A stretch of DNA of 38,456 nt from a virus. Its lineage: Duplodnaviria; Caudoviricetes. The notes beneath the pieces were generated by a model that saw nothing but the letters and a program-made list of their open reading frames with translations, was not told the DNA's origin and made no database searches. Within the stretch, counting starts at the first letter, position 1. The number at the start of each line of letters is the position of its first letter. Positions 1-9,044 of this stretch are shown here, in pieces. The DNA lies in IMG/VR virus record IMGVR_UViG_3300012942_000084, positions 1 to 38,456 of that record; one strand, written 5' to 3'. Both the position numbers and the translations under genes were made by a program.

Positions 1-399
1 GGTGTCGATGATCACGGTGACGGTGCCAGAGGTCACACTCTGGTCAGCCCCGAAGTCGGTCCACTTGACGAGCTGCGAGGTGGAGTCGGTGCCGGTGTCG
101 TCGAAGATCACCATGTACCGGAACGTGCCGGACATGCTGGCGAACGCGATGTCTGACGAGTCAAGCACGGCCGCGTGACCGGTCGAGTCGTAGGTGACCA
201 CCGGGGAGCCGACCGCGACGCGCGCGTAACCCGAGCCGGACAGTTCACCCGTCAAGTCGGCGACGTATTGGTGATCCTTGGAGGGCGTGTAGCTGGACGA
301 CAGCAGCAGCGCCTTGAGGGTGGACGACCCGTCCAGGGTGAGGTCGCCTGAGATGCCGGCGGCGAGTGCGTGACCGTACCAGGAGGATGTTGCAGCCAT
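1..399 (-). CDS. Minor tail protein, runs off left edge (MAATSSWYGHALAAG...DFGADQSVTSGTVTVIIDT)
   Basis: ATG at 399 with AAGGAG RBS upstream; open frame to base 1; downstream of tape measure; absent from ORF track because it is truncated. Confidence 0.8.
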   Translation of the reverse strand, partial: MAATSSWYGHALAAGISGDLTLDGSSTLKALLLSSSYTPSKDHQYVADLTGELSGSGYARVAVGSPVVTYDSTGHAAVLDSSDIAFASMSGTFRYMVIFDDTGTDSTSQLVKWTDFGADQSVTSGTVTVIIDT

Positions 400-437
400 G
401 AGTGAATCTCCTTGTGTGCGAAGTGGGCTGGGTGGTG

Positions 438-830
438 TCAGTACTTTTTGGCTGGGACGCTGATGGCGAGTGCTTCGGCCGGGATGGTGACGTGCGACCC
501 GGCGGTGACGGTCATGTCAGTCACCTTCGCCGACCGCAACGGTGTCGACCCCGCCGAGTCGGCGTAGAACACGCGGGCCGCGGGCACGAAATCCTCGGTC
601 GCGGTGCCCATGTCAAGGTCGGCCTTGGGTTGCACGGACCGGTCCGTCGCCGCCTCCCAGGTGGTGGCCCCGTTCCGGGGGAGCTCGACCAGGGCCAGGC
701 CGGAGTCCTCGATCGACCCGGCCGACAGGTCGTCGTCGGGCACCGTCAGCGACAGGCCCACCCAGTACGACCCACCGGCCGACACGATGCTGTCAAGGTT
801 CGAATTCGCTTCGGTGTCAGACACGCTCAC
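438..830 (-). CDS. Minor tail protein (~130 aa, MSVSDTEANSNLD...)
   Basis: GTG at 830 overlaps the upstream TGA (GTGA coupling); position in tail operon. Confidence 0.7.
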   Translation of the reverse strand: MSVSDTEANSNLDSIVSAGGSYWVGLSLTVPDDDLSAGSIEDSGLALVELPRNGATTWEAATDRSVQPKADLDMGTATEDFVPAARVFYADSAGSTPLRSAKVTDMTVTAGSHVTIPAEALAISVPAKKY

Positions 831-1270
831 GGTGCAACCACTCCCGTCGAAGTCGTGTTGGGATTCGCAGGGATCGAGATCGCCAGCCCTTTGCGGTTGT
901 TGAGCCAGTCGTCGGTGGTGAACCGCGGGACGATGTCGGCGACCTCGCACCGCCATGTCTCTGACACGCCCGCCGAGGTCCGTGTCAGCAGGAAGTCTGA
1001 GGACCACAACGCGGCCTTCAGGGCTGCCGCCAGGCCTTCCGCGTGCGGCATATCCGTGCCCTGGCAATAGAGCCCGATCTGGAGCTCAGCTTCGCCTTTC
1101 CGCTTGTTCACAACCCCGCGGCCGGCCATCTTCCGAGACTCAGCAACCTCCTTCACCCACTGCCAGCTGTCGTCCCACGACGTGATGACATACCCGTGCG
1201 CCTGGTCGACCTGGATCCGGAGTGTGGTGCCGTCCAGCTCGTGCACCGTGACTGCGATGTCCTGGATCAT
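827..1270 (-). CDS. Minor tail protein, possible distal-tail-like
   Basis: ATGA-coupled directly to the tape measure stop; 147 aa. Confidence 0.7.
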   Translation of the reverse strand: MIQDIAVTVHELDGTTLRIQVDQAHGYVITSWDDSWQWVKEVAESRKMAGRGVVNKRKGEAELQIGLYCQGTDMPHAEGLAAALKAALWSSDFLLTRTSAGVSETWRCEVADIVPRFTTDDWLNNRKGLAISIPANPNTTSTGVVAP

Positions 1271-4200
1271 GGCCGGCCGGCCTTCCGGGTTCCGCCCGCG
1301 GCAAGGAAGTCTTGCCTGGCCATGTCTCGCGCGAACGACTTCGCGTCGCCGGTGACCACGGTGTCGACGTGCGTATGCCGCTCGACGATGTGCGACCCGA
1401 CACCGTTGATCAGCGCCGCGAGCTCGGCAAGATCACGCGCGGACAGGCCGACCGAACTTGACGACGTGACAGACCGATTCGAGAGGTAACCGTCGGCGGC
1501 ACGTCGCACGTTGCGGCGAATCATGTCGTAGCCGTAGAACTCGGCACCGACGCGCAGCAGCTGCACCGCGTGGCTGGCGCGCGCGTCCCTGGTGAGGGGT
1601 GCGTAGAGCTCCGGGCCAGCCTCGCCCCACAAGATCGGACGGCGGGTGATCGCGGCGTGGTGGGCAATCGCGCCGCCGGTCGCCATACGCTGCACACCGT
1701 CGGCGTCGTAGAGCCCACCCAGCGCGTTCGGAAGCGGCAGACGGTGCCGCTTCAGGTTGTCGCCCGGGTGGATCTCCTTGTAGACCGCGGTCACCGAGAA
1801 CGTCCTGTCGTGGGCGGCGCCGCTGATCTGGTCGAGCTCGGCCTTGACGTGCCCGAGCCGGGCTTTGGCCGTGATCGTCATCTGCTTGTCTTTGGCGGCG
1901 TCCAGGACGCCCTTGATGATCGAACGCGCGGTCGGTGCACCGACCGCCTCGAGCTTGGTCTGCACCGGCTTGGAGAGCGTGTCGTAGTCCACCCCAAGGT
2001 CTTTCGCCGCCGCCTTAGCGTTCGAGGAGTCCGCGATGAGCTTGGTGCGGACATCGGGGGTGAGCGACTCGTAGTCCTGGCCGAGCAGCTTCGTGATCTG
2101 CCGGGCCTTGGTGTCGCCGAGGGTGAGGATCTGGGTCTGCACCTTCTTCGGCAGCTTCTCGAAGGTCGTACCGAGCCCGAGAGCTGCAGTCTCGGCCTCC
2201 TGGAGGTTCTTCTTCGCCTGTTTGGTGTCGGCCGAGATCCTGGTTTTGATGTCGGCCGGGATCTTCCCGAGCGAATCGTGGACGTACTTGTCCGCGGCCT
2301 TGCCCGTCAGACCGAAGCTGATCGCCAGGGCTCGCAGGTCGGACTTCGTGGTGGCGAGTGTCGACCGGAGCTTCGAATCGGATGCACCGTTCTGGTATTG
2401 GTTCTGCAGGTTCGCCAGGCCGGCCTTCGCGGCTGCATCCAGCTTCTCGGCGTTGTCGCGGCCCTTCTGGGTGTAGTCGGAGGTGCCGGCTTTGCCTTGA
2501 GTCTTTGCCGCCTCACGGGCGTCCGCGAGCGCCTGCTGGTAGGCCCGGCTGGCGTCACGGGTGGCGAAGAACTTGTTGTTCGCGTCGTCGAGGTCGGCCG
2601 CGAGCTGCTTGTTCGCGCGGGCGGTGTCCTCCGCCGCGGACTGAGCCTGTTTCTGGGCGGAGACATACGCAGCAATCGCCGGCGGAACCTCCCTGACCTT
2701 CTTCGTATGTTCGGCTGTCGCCGCCGCGATCTGCTTCTGCGCGTGGACCGCCTTCTGGAGCTCCTTGTTCGAGCCTCCGACCGAGTCGGTCACCAGGTCC
2801 ATCGTCTTCTTGAGCGCGACGCCGGAACCGTCCATGTCGGTCATGCCGCCAGTAGCCTCGGTATAGGCCTTACCGACTGCATCGACGGCGTCGCGGACCC
2901 GCTTCTGGGCGGGCACATTCCCGAGTGCGGCATCGGTCATGTCGGATAGCGAGATACCGAGCTTCTGGGCGGCGTCGAGTGCGCCCGACTTCTGCAGGTT
3001 GTCGGCGACGGTGGCGCGGGTGTCCTTGGTGACGGCACCGGTGTGCTTGTTCAGTGTGGACGTGAGCTCCTCGACCCGCTGCTGGGACTCCAGCGCGGCC
3101 TGCGCGGCCGACTGCTGGTGCTTCTGCCACGCCATCAGCGCCACGCCGCCGGCGATGAGCGCGAGCCCCCACGGCCCACCAAGAACCCCGATGAGTCCAC
3201 GAGCCGCGCCGCGCATCCCGGTCATCGCGGCGGCGGCGAGGCCTGCCGCGCGCGGGAAGCGGGCGGCTTGTCCGGCTGCCCGCTCGAAGGACTGCGCCAT
3301 CCGGGCGATGTTCCCGTTCCCGGTGCCGAGCGCCCCGACAACAGCGTTGAAACGCCCGACGTGGGGTGCTTCCTCGCGGGCGAGTTGTCCCATGGCGCGC
3401 ACGTTCCCGGCCGCAGCGCCTAGGCTGCGGCCGGCGGTCCCGGCGCGGCTGCTGATTCCGTCGAGCCGGTTGCCGAAGACCCGGGACGCGATCCCAGCCG
3501 CGACGAGCACCAACACAAGTTGCTGTGCCGGCCCGGGCAGCTCCTTGAACCCGGACACGATGGGGCCGAGCACGGACCCAACCCCTTGCGCGGCCAGCCC
3601 AATTGCCTTGAACCCCAGAGCGACCCCACCACCGAGCGCCCCGCCGAGCTGGCCCGCGGCGTCGCCGACGTCCTTCATTTCGCCGGCGAAATCGACAAGG
3701 GCCGGGACAGCTGTGTCGGTGAGGAAATCGACCGACTTGTCGACGACAGGGATCAGCTTGGTGCCGAGGGTGACGACGAACCGACCCCACAAGGTCGACA
3801 ACTTCTGGGTCGGGGTGGCCATGGCCGCTGCTGCGCCGCCGAACTCGGAGGAGACCTCCTTCAGGATGACCTTCTGCGCGCCGAGCGTGTTGCCGGCGGC
3901 GACCATGGTCTTGATCTGGTCGCGCTGCTGGTCGGTGAAGGTGACACCGACGCGCTGCAGGGCTGTGAGCCCGCGGATCGGGTCGTTGAGGGCCTTGCCG
4001 AGCATCGTCGCCGAGGACCGAGCGTCGGTACCCAGCGACTTCGACATATCGATCGCGGCACGGGTCGTATCGTCGAAGATCTTGTCCGCGCCGATGTTCT
4101 TGATGTTCTTGAAGGTCAGGATCAGGTTCGCGGTCTGCTGCGCCGCCTCGTCCGAGATGCCGGCCTGCTGGGCGAGCTCCATCGAGAGCTCTTCGACCTC

Positions 4201-4758
4201 TTTGCGGGTCACACCGGCCGCCGCGCCGGTGGTCTGGATGACCTTCGTGGTTTGCCGCTGGATCGCGAGGTTCTCCTCGGCGTCCTTGTAGGCGTCCTTC
4301 ACCAGGTCGACGGCCTTGGACACGGCCAGGATCCCGAGCAGCGGGGCGAGCATCTCCTTCAGCCCGCCGGCGACAGTGCCCGCCAGGCCGACCGTGGCGG
4401 CCTTCACCCGAGACGTCAGACCTGTGGCGTACGCCTGCCCGGCACGGCGGCCCGCCACCGCTGCCGGCGTCGACGTAGCCTCGAGCGAGGCACCCACAGA
4501 CCGTGTCGTGCGCGCGAGCGCCGCACCGGTCACTGCCGTCCGCACACCCTCGGTGAACCCTCGACCAGTGGCCGCACCTGCTCGGGCCGCACCTGTCGCG
4601 GCGCCGGCCATCGAGGACGTCATACGCCGTGACGCGGTCGCCGTGCTCGAAGCCGCGGTCGACGCGAACCGTTCCGTCGCGGCCGCGGCACGGTTGATCG
4701 GGGTCACATATCCGCCAACCTCTGCGAGAAGGCGGGTCCTGAGCGTACGGTCTGGCAT
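1267..4758 (-). CDS. Tape measure protein
   Basis: 1163 aa, Ala-rich; LGKALNDPIRGLTALQRVGVTFT and GGPWG motifs; AGGAGG RBS; follows tail chaperones. Confidence 0.95.
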   Translation of the reverse strand: MPDRTLRTRLLAEVGGYVTPINRAAAATERFASTAASSTATASRRMTSSMAGAATGAARAGAATGRGFTEGVRTAVTGAALARTTRSVGASLEATSTPAAVAGRRAGQAYATGLTSRVKAATVGLAGTVAGGLKEMLAPLLGILAVSKAVDLVKDAYKDAEENLAIQRQTTKVIQTTGAAAGVTRKEVEELSMELAQQAGISDEAAQQTANLILTFKNIKNIGADKIFDDTTRAAIDMSKSLGTDARSSATMLGKALNDPIRGLTALQRVGVTFTDQQRDQIKTMVAAGNTLGAQKVILKEVSSEFGGAAAAMATPTQKLSTLWGRFVVTLGTKLIPVVDKSVDFLTDTAVPALVDFAGEMKDVGDAAGQLGGALGGGVALGFKAIGLAAQGVGSVLGPIVSGFKELPGPAQQLVLVLVAAGIASRVFGNRLDGISSRAGTAGRSLGAAAGNVRAMGQLAREEAPHVGRFNAVVGALGTGNGNIARMAQSFERAAGQAARFPRAAGLAAAAMTGMRGAARGLIGVLGGPWGLALIAGGVALMAWQKHQQSAAQAALESQQRVEELTSTLNKHTGAVTKDTRATVADNLQKSGALDAAQKLGISLSDMTDAALGNVPAQKRVRDAVDAVGKAYTEATGGMTDMDGSGVALKKTMDLVTDSVGGSNKELQKAVHAQKQIAAATAEHTKKVREVPPAIAAYVSAQKQAQSAAEDTARANKQLAADLDDANNKFFATRDASRAYQQALADAREAAKTQGKAGTSDYTQKGRDNAEKLDAAAKAGLANLQNQYQNGASDSKLRSTLATTKSDLRALAISFGLTGKAADKYVHDSLGKIPADIKTRISADTKQAKKNLQEAETAALGLGTTFEKLPKKVQTQILTLGDTKARQITKLLGQDYESLTPDVRTKLIADSSNAKAAAKDLGVDYDTLSKPVQTKLEAVGAPTARSIIKGVLDAAKDKQMTITAKARLGHVKAELDQISGAAHDRTFSVTAVYKEIHPGDNLKRHRLPLPNALGGLYDADGVQRMATGGAIAHHAAITRRPILWGEAGPELYAPLTRDARASHAVQLLRVGAEFYGYDMIRRNVRRAADGYLSNRSVTSSSSVGLSARDLAELAALINGVGSHIVERHTHVDTVVTGDAKSFARDMARQDFLAAGGTRKAGRP

Positions 4759-4823
4759 ACGTGACCTCCTCGAGGCGCGTGACGGGCTATGTCAGCCCGG
4801 AATCTGGGGTGAAGGGAACCGCC

Positions 4824-5294
4824 ATGAAAGTCGCTGCAGCCATCGCCGCATTCGGACTCGTAGCGCTCGGGCTCACCGGTTGCGGCGGTGGGTCAGGGGC
4901 GAGGACGACAGTCACGCGTCAACTGCCTGCGGTGACGAAGACCGTCACCGCAACTGCGCGCGCGACGCCGAGCGTCGTCGTCAAAAAGATCACGATGGGG
5001 CCGGTTGACGGCACCGAGTCTCCGGACCTCTTGGTTGCGAAGCTGGTGCATAACTCTCTGATCGGGACAACTGGCACCTATGGCTTGTCGGATGACGAGG
5101 TGGTGCAGATTGCCGAATATGACTGCAAGATGTTGCCAACCCACACGCTCCCGGAAGCGTTCAAGTTGCACGCGGCGTACGCCAAAAGGCTTGAGCCGGT
5201 GGTTCTCTGGGACACCGACACGTCCCGCAAGTTCCTGATCGCGGCCGCCGACGCAAAGTGCCCGAAGGTCACCTGGATCGGGAAAGGAAGCTAG
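4824..5294 (+). CDS. Lipoprotein antisense to the tail operon (DUF732-like Cys pair)
   Basis: GAAGGGA RBS then ATG 4824; signal peptide MKVAAAIAAFGLVALG plus lipobox LTGC; Thr-rich linker; C...CP terminal domain. Confidence 0.8.
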   Translation: MKVAAAIAAFGLVALGLTGCGGGSGARTTVTRQLPAVTKTVTATARATPSVVVKKITMGPVDGTESPDLLVAKLVHNSLIGTTGTYGLSDDEVVQIAEYDCKMLPTHTLPEAFKLHAAYAKRLEPVVLWDTDTSRKFLIAAADAKCPKVTWIGKGS

Positions 5295-5657
5295 GCGCCC
5301 GGCCCGAACCGGGACCGGCCGCGCTCGATCCCTTTCCTGATGAAGGCTTTCCACCCGGCCGGGTGTTCCTTCTTCGCGTCCTTCTCCAGGGCCGCGCACC
5401 CCGAGCAGACCTTGCCGTCGACTTGGTGCTCGTGGTTGCTGCCCCACGCCTCATCGACGGGGAGTCCGCACCCGGGGCACGTGGTCGCGTCGAGCCGGGT
5501 GAGCGCGACGTGGAGCGTCCGGTCGGTGAGGGTCCAGCGGGCGCAGGGCCGGCGTCCCCTGCGGATGACCGACAGGGCGACGCCGACGCGGTCTGCGGTG
5601 CGCAGCTCGTCGAGGACGCCTTGATTCAGCGGCGCGCGGAGCGCCGCGACGAAAAAT
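5291..5657 (-). CDS. Tail assembly chaperone, -1 frameshift extension (gpT-like)
   Basis: -1 frame relative to the upstream chaperone, open across GATTTTT; CPGCG...CSGC motif; no convincing own start. Confidence 0.75.
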
Positions 5658-6219
5658 CGAGGTTGTAGCCCTTCGACTGCGCACAAGACGCATCGAGCGC
5701 CTCCTGCACCACGGCCCATTGACGGGTACCGACTGCGAGCGCGATCTTGCGCCACTGGTCCACGGAGGCCCGTGGGGTGATGATGACCTTGGCGGCGAGT
5801 TGCACGTAGTACTCGTCGAAGTTGATGTTCTTCGCGCCGTCCTCGTCGCGTTGCTTCGCCGCGCGGCGAGCGCCGGCCTGGTCGTCGAAGTTGGCCGACC
5901 GCACGCTGCAGTGGAGTGCACCGGGGCGCAACTGGTCCTCCATGTCGAGGATCTCCTCGCGCAGCTTCGCCAGCTCGGCCTTCGGCGTCGAGGGATGCTC
6001 GCGGGAGACCCGCCCGTCAGGCTCGTCGTTCTGGTCGGCTCCGCCGGCGGACTCCTCGAGGGCGTCGTACCGGTCGCAGGCGTCCTGGTATGCGTCGTAC
6101 AGCCGGCCATCCTGGAAGATGGTGAATTCCTTGCCAGTCGGGATGACGCCGTCGAGCCACTGGTCGAGGTCGATCTCTTCCGGCTTCGGCGTGGTTGCGG
6201 CCTGGTCTTGGTCTGGCAT
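5626..6219 (-). CDS. Tail assembly chaperone (gpG-like)
   Basis: Between major tail and tape measure genes; ATG 6219 with GAAAGG RBS; acidic. Confidence 0.85.
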   Translation of the reverse strand: MPDQDQAATTPKPEEIDLDQWLDGVIPTGKEFTIFQDGRLYDAYQDACDRYDALEESAGGADQNDEPDGRVSREHPSTPKAELAKLREEILDMEDQLRPGALHCSVRSANFDDQAGARRAAKQRDEDGAKNINFDEYYVQLAAKVIITPRASVDQWRKIALAVGTRQWAVVQEALDASCAQSKGYNLDFSSRRSARR

Positions 6220-6276
6220 GGTCTGGCCTTTCATGGGTGGTCTGGTTGGTCTGGGGTGGGTGACGCGGAGTTGGGG

Positions 6277-6317
6277 CCCTGTCGCCCGGTGGCCAGACCG
6301 CACACCGGGCGACAGGG
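6277..6317 (-). terminator. 15-bp perfect hairpin after major tail gene (terminator/processing or stabilising stem)
   Basis: CCCTGTCGCCCGGTG (6277-6291) pairs with CACCGGGCGACAGGG (6303-6317); no U-tract. Confidence 0.55.
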
Positions 6318-6325
6318 GGTCGGGG

Positions 6326-6862
6326 TCAGGCTGCGGCCGCTGCGGTAGCGTCGAGCTCGGCCGACAGGACCGAGAGCTTGACGATCTTCTTGATGTAGCC
6401 GGTGCCGTCGTCGTTCTGCGGGTCGTCGGTCATGACCTCGTAGACCTGGCATTCGTCGTCTTCGGCCCAGGCTTCGGTCGAGTCCTTGCTGGTCTCTCGG
6501 ACCGCGATCCACAGCGTGGTGCCCTTGGTCTTGACCGCCTGGAAGAGCGCGTCCCCGACCGTGCCCGCGCCGCCGGTCTCCGGGGCTCCGGTGGTCGGGT
6601 CGAAGTAGCGGAACACGGACATGGAACCGTCGTAATTCGAAGGACCCCAAGCCTTTCCGTTGCCTTTCACCGCGAGCGGGACTTCGTCGACGGTGTCGGA
6701 GCCGGTCGGACCAAGCGCGAAGTCGGACTTCACGATCCGTAGCGCCGCGTCGATGCCTGCCTCGAGCTCGGTGATGGTCGGCTTGGTCATATCGGCCGGG
6801 GCGGTCGACATGACGCTGACCTTCTTCATCGCGTCGGCGAGGGTGAGGATGTCACCAGCCAT
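6326..6862 (-). CDS. Major tail (tube) protein
   Basis: PT..EL.AG and FRYFD motifs typical of actinophage tail tube proteins; synteny. Confidence 0.88.
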   Translation of the reverse strand: MAGDILTLADAMKKVSVMSTAPADMTKPTITELEAGIDAALRIVKSDFALGPTGSDTVDEVPLAVKGNGKAWGPSNYDGSMSVFRYFDPTTGAPETGGAGTVGDALFQAVKTKGTTLWIAVRETSKDSTEAWAEDDECQVYEVMTDDPQNDDGTGYIKKIVKLSVLSAELDATAAAAA

Positions 6863-6864
6863 GA

Positions 6865-7107
6865 TCACTTACCTTTCTTTCGATCAGCCGACGCACCGGA
6901 TGTGGTGGCTGCGTCCGGGTCGCCGGCCGGGGTGGCAGGCGACTTGTCATCGCCGGTCGTGTCGGCCGGCTTGTCGCCGTCGGCGGGCTGGGCGTCGGCC
7001 GGCTTGAAGTTCGGGAACGGCGAGTTGTTCTCGAGCCAGTGGCGCGGGACGACCTGCTCCTTGCCAGTGTTCGTGTTGATCGCGCGAACGAATTTCGATG
7101 TGGCCAT
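6865..7107 (-). CDS. Small hypothetical virion-region protein (80 aa)
   Basis: ATG 7107 with AAGGAG RBS; fills gap between tail terminator and major tail genes. Confidence 0.7.
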   Translation of the reverse strand: MATSKFVRAINTNTGKEQVVPRHWLENNSPFPNFKPADAQPADGDKPADTTGDDKSPATPAGDPDAATTSGASADRKKGK

Positions 7108-7109
7108 CT

Positions 7110-7562
7110 TCAATCTCCTTGTGCTGCAGTCGGGTTCACGTCGACGCGGAAGATCATCGGCAGGAACCGGGCGTGCGGTGTGACGGACTCGTCCTTCTGG
7201 ACGGTCCCGGTGGGGTCGAGCCGGGCCCGGCCCGTGAACGGGGTGACACGGACTCCCTCGAGGGCGGCACGGACCTTGTCCGCGGCGCGTATGGCGCGGT
7301 TCTGGTCGCCCCCGACGGCGGTCACCTGCCACGAGATGGACCGCAACGGCCGTGTGCCGTCGAGGGCTTCGTCGTCAAGGCCGGCAGTGTCCATCGACCA
7401 CCACAGGACCGCGGTGATGTGGATGCCGGGAGCGTCACTATCCATCCGGTACTTCGACTGCCCGAGCTCGCCGACGGCGCCGTCGAGGACGTCGAGGTTG
7501 TCTTGCGCCTTGAGCGCGGCCAGGACGGCGTCGTGCAGCCGGACGGAGAGCGGGTCGGTCAT
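7110..7562 (-). CDS. Tail terminator / tail completion protein
   Basis: ATGA-coupled to the gp10-like gene; WQVTAVG...A..VRAAL pattern; synteny. Confidence 0.75.
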   Translation of the reverse strand: MTDPLSVRLHDAVLAALKAQDNLDVLDGAVGELGQSKYRMDSDAPGIHITAVLWWSMDTAGLDDEALDGTRPLRSISWQVTAVGGDQNRAIRAADKVRAALEGVRVTPFTGRARLDPTGTVQKDESVTPHARFLPMIFRVDVNPTAAQGD

Positions 7563-7915
7563 GGCAGCAACCGCCTCGACATGGCGTCGAATGCGGCACC
7601 GAACCGTTGCTCCTCCGCATCCTCCGCGGGCCGCACGAACGGCTGTGGCGCCATGTGCACGGACCCGAACTCCACGGGTACCGCATACGACTCGGTCGGT
7701 CCCACCTCCGCGGACAGGCGCTCTTCGTCGACGTCAGCGGTGATCGAGTCCCGCAGGGTGCCGGTGCGGACGGGCGCGCCGGCTTTCATGGCCTTCTCGA
7801 GGCGGTCGGCGGACTGCCCGAGCTCGTGACGTGCCTCGGCCGGTGCACGGGTCGCGGCCGCGCGCAGCTCGGCCGCGAACGCAAGGGCGCCGGTCTGGAT
7901 GAACTCGATCGGCAT
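7559..7915 (-). CDS. HK97 gp10-like neck protein
   Basis: APVRTGTLRDSI, YAVPVEFGS and MAPQPFVRPA motifs. Confidence 0.9.
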   Translation of the reverse strand: MPIEFIQTGALAFAAELRAAATRAPAEARHELGQSADRLEKAMKAGAPVRTGTLRDSITADVDEERLSAEVGPTESYAVPVEFGSVHMAPQPFVRPAEDAEEQRFGAAFDAMSRRLLP

Positions 7916-7924
7916 AGCGCCCTC

Positions 7925-8557
7925 CTACCGGTTCAGGACCGCCGTGAAGCGGCGGGCGACGTCGACGGTGATGCCGCCGACCGCGGTGACTGCGAGGACC
8001 TGGCCGACGAGGACCGGGTCCGGGCTGTCGGTGATGGTGACCAGGTCGCCGATCTGCAGGTCGAGGACCGTCCAATCGATCTCGCACGCGAACGACGCGG
8101 CGACGACTGGTTCGTCCACGGTCGACGCCGGTGACGACGCCGCGGCTGCGAGCGCGATGCGGCCGGTGTAAACGGTGGTCTTGGCGCTGGTCGCGGATTC
8201 GGTGCCCGGGTCCCAGCCGATGGGGCCGGTCCACCGGTCGATGCGGCATGTGGCGTCACCGATGTGCAGGGTCGTGGTCGCGGTGGTTTCGGGCCGGTGG
8301 CCGGGCCATCGTTGGACTGGGCCGGGCACGTCGAGCGTGCCCTCGTTGCAGCGGATCCGGTCACCGGCCTGTATGTCGGGGTAGCCGATCGCGGTGAGCT
8401 GCCAGGCCGGGAGCAGGTTCGGCGCATGCTCCGGGTCGGCGGTGCCTGCGAGTGGTTGCAGGGACACGCCGTGGATGACCAGCAGATCTGGTGTCGTCCA
8501 GTCGCCGCCCGTGGACCGCTCTCGGATGATGGTCTGCCGTTGCGCGGACCGGCTCAC
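7925..8557 (-). CDS. Head-to-tail stopper, apparently two tandem stopper-type domains
   Basis: N-half DW...SLQP...DIQAGDRI...G.VQRWP; C-half DUF6093-like TVYTG...GDLVTITDSPDP.LVG. Confidence 0.7.
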   Translation of the reverse strand: MSRSAQRQTIIRERSTGGDWTTPDLLVIHGVSLQPLAGTADPEHAPNLLPAWQLTAIGYPDIQAGDRIRCNEGTLDVPGPVQRWPGHRPETTATTTLHIGDATCRIDRWTGPIGWDPGTESATSAKTTVYTGRIALAAAASSPASTVDEPVVAASFACEIDWTVLDLQIGDLVTITDSPDPVLVGQVLAVTAVGGITVDVARRFTAVLNR

Positions 8558-9024
8558 CAGCAGTCACCGCCATACCGTCGCCGGCGGTGCTCGAGGTCGT
8601 GCGGCAGCCTCGTGGCGGGCGGGAAGCAACCCTTGGGGGAAGGGACCACGTCACCGTCACGGATCTGGTTGCCCCAGTCGCGGGCGCTGGCCAAGATCGC
8701 GTTGCGACGCTGCTCATTCCACTGCAGCGTGACCCGATCCGTGCCGTCCACAGCCGCGCCGGCCGGGTTCTCGCACGAGATCGCACCCAACTCCACGGCC
8801 CACGAAAACACTTGCGGCGGGAGCGGATCCGGCCACACTTGCAGATGGGCCGCGTCCAGCAGCAGCCCGTTGACGACCTTGTGGATGACCGTGTAGGTGC
8901 CGTCGTCGATCGACGTCTGGTCGTCGACCACGGTGGAAGGGTCGACCCCCGGCGGCAGAGCCTGCTTGCGACGCTGCAGAAGGTCCTCCAGGTCGGACTT
9001 CTGAAAGAGAGTCACATCTGCCAC
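8554..9024 (-). CDS. Head-to-tail adaptor
   Basis: Synteny after capsid; ENP.G motif and C-terminal P.G.FPP pattern. Confidence 0.7.
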   Translation of the reverse strand: MADVTLFQKSDLEDLLQRRKQALPPGVDPSTVVDDQTSIDDGTYTVIHKVVNGLLLDAAHLQVWPDPLPPQVFSWAVELGAISCENPAGAAVDGTDRVTLQWNEQRRNAILASARDWGNQIRDGDVVPSPKGCFPPATRLPHDLEHRRRRYGGDCW

Positions 9025-9044
9025 CGGGAATCACCACCCTTCTG

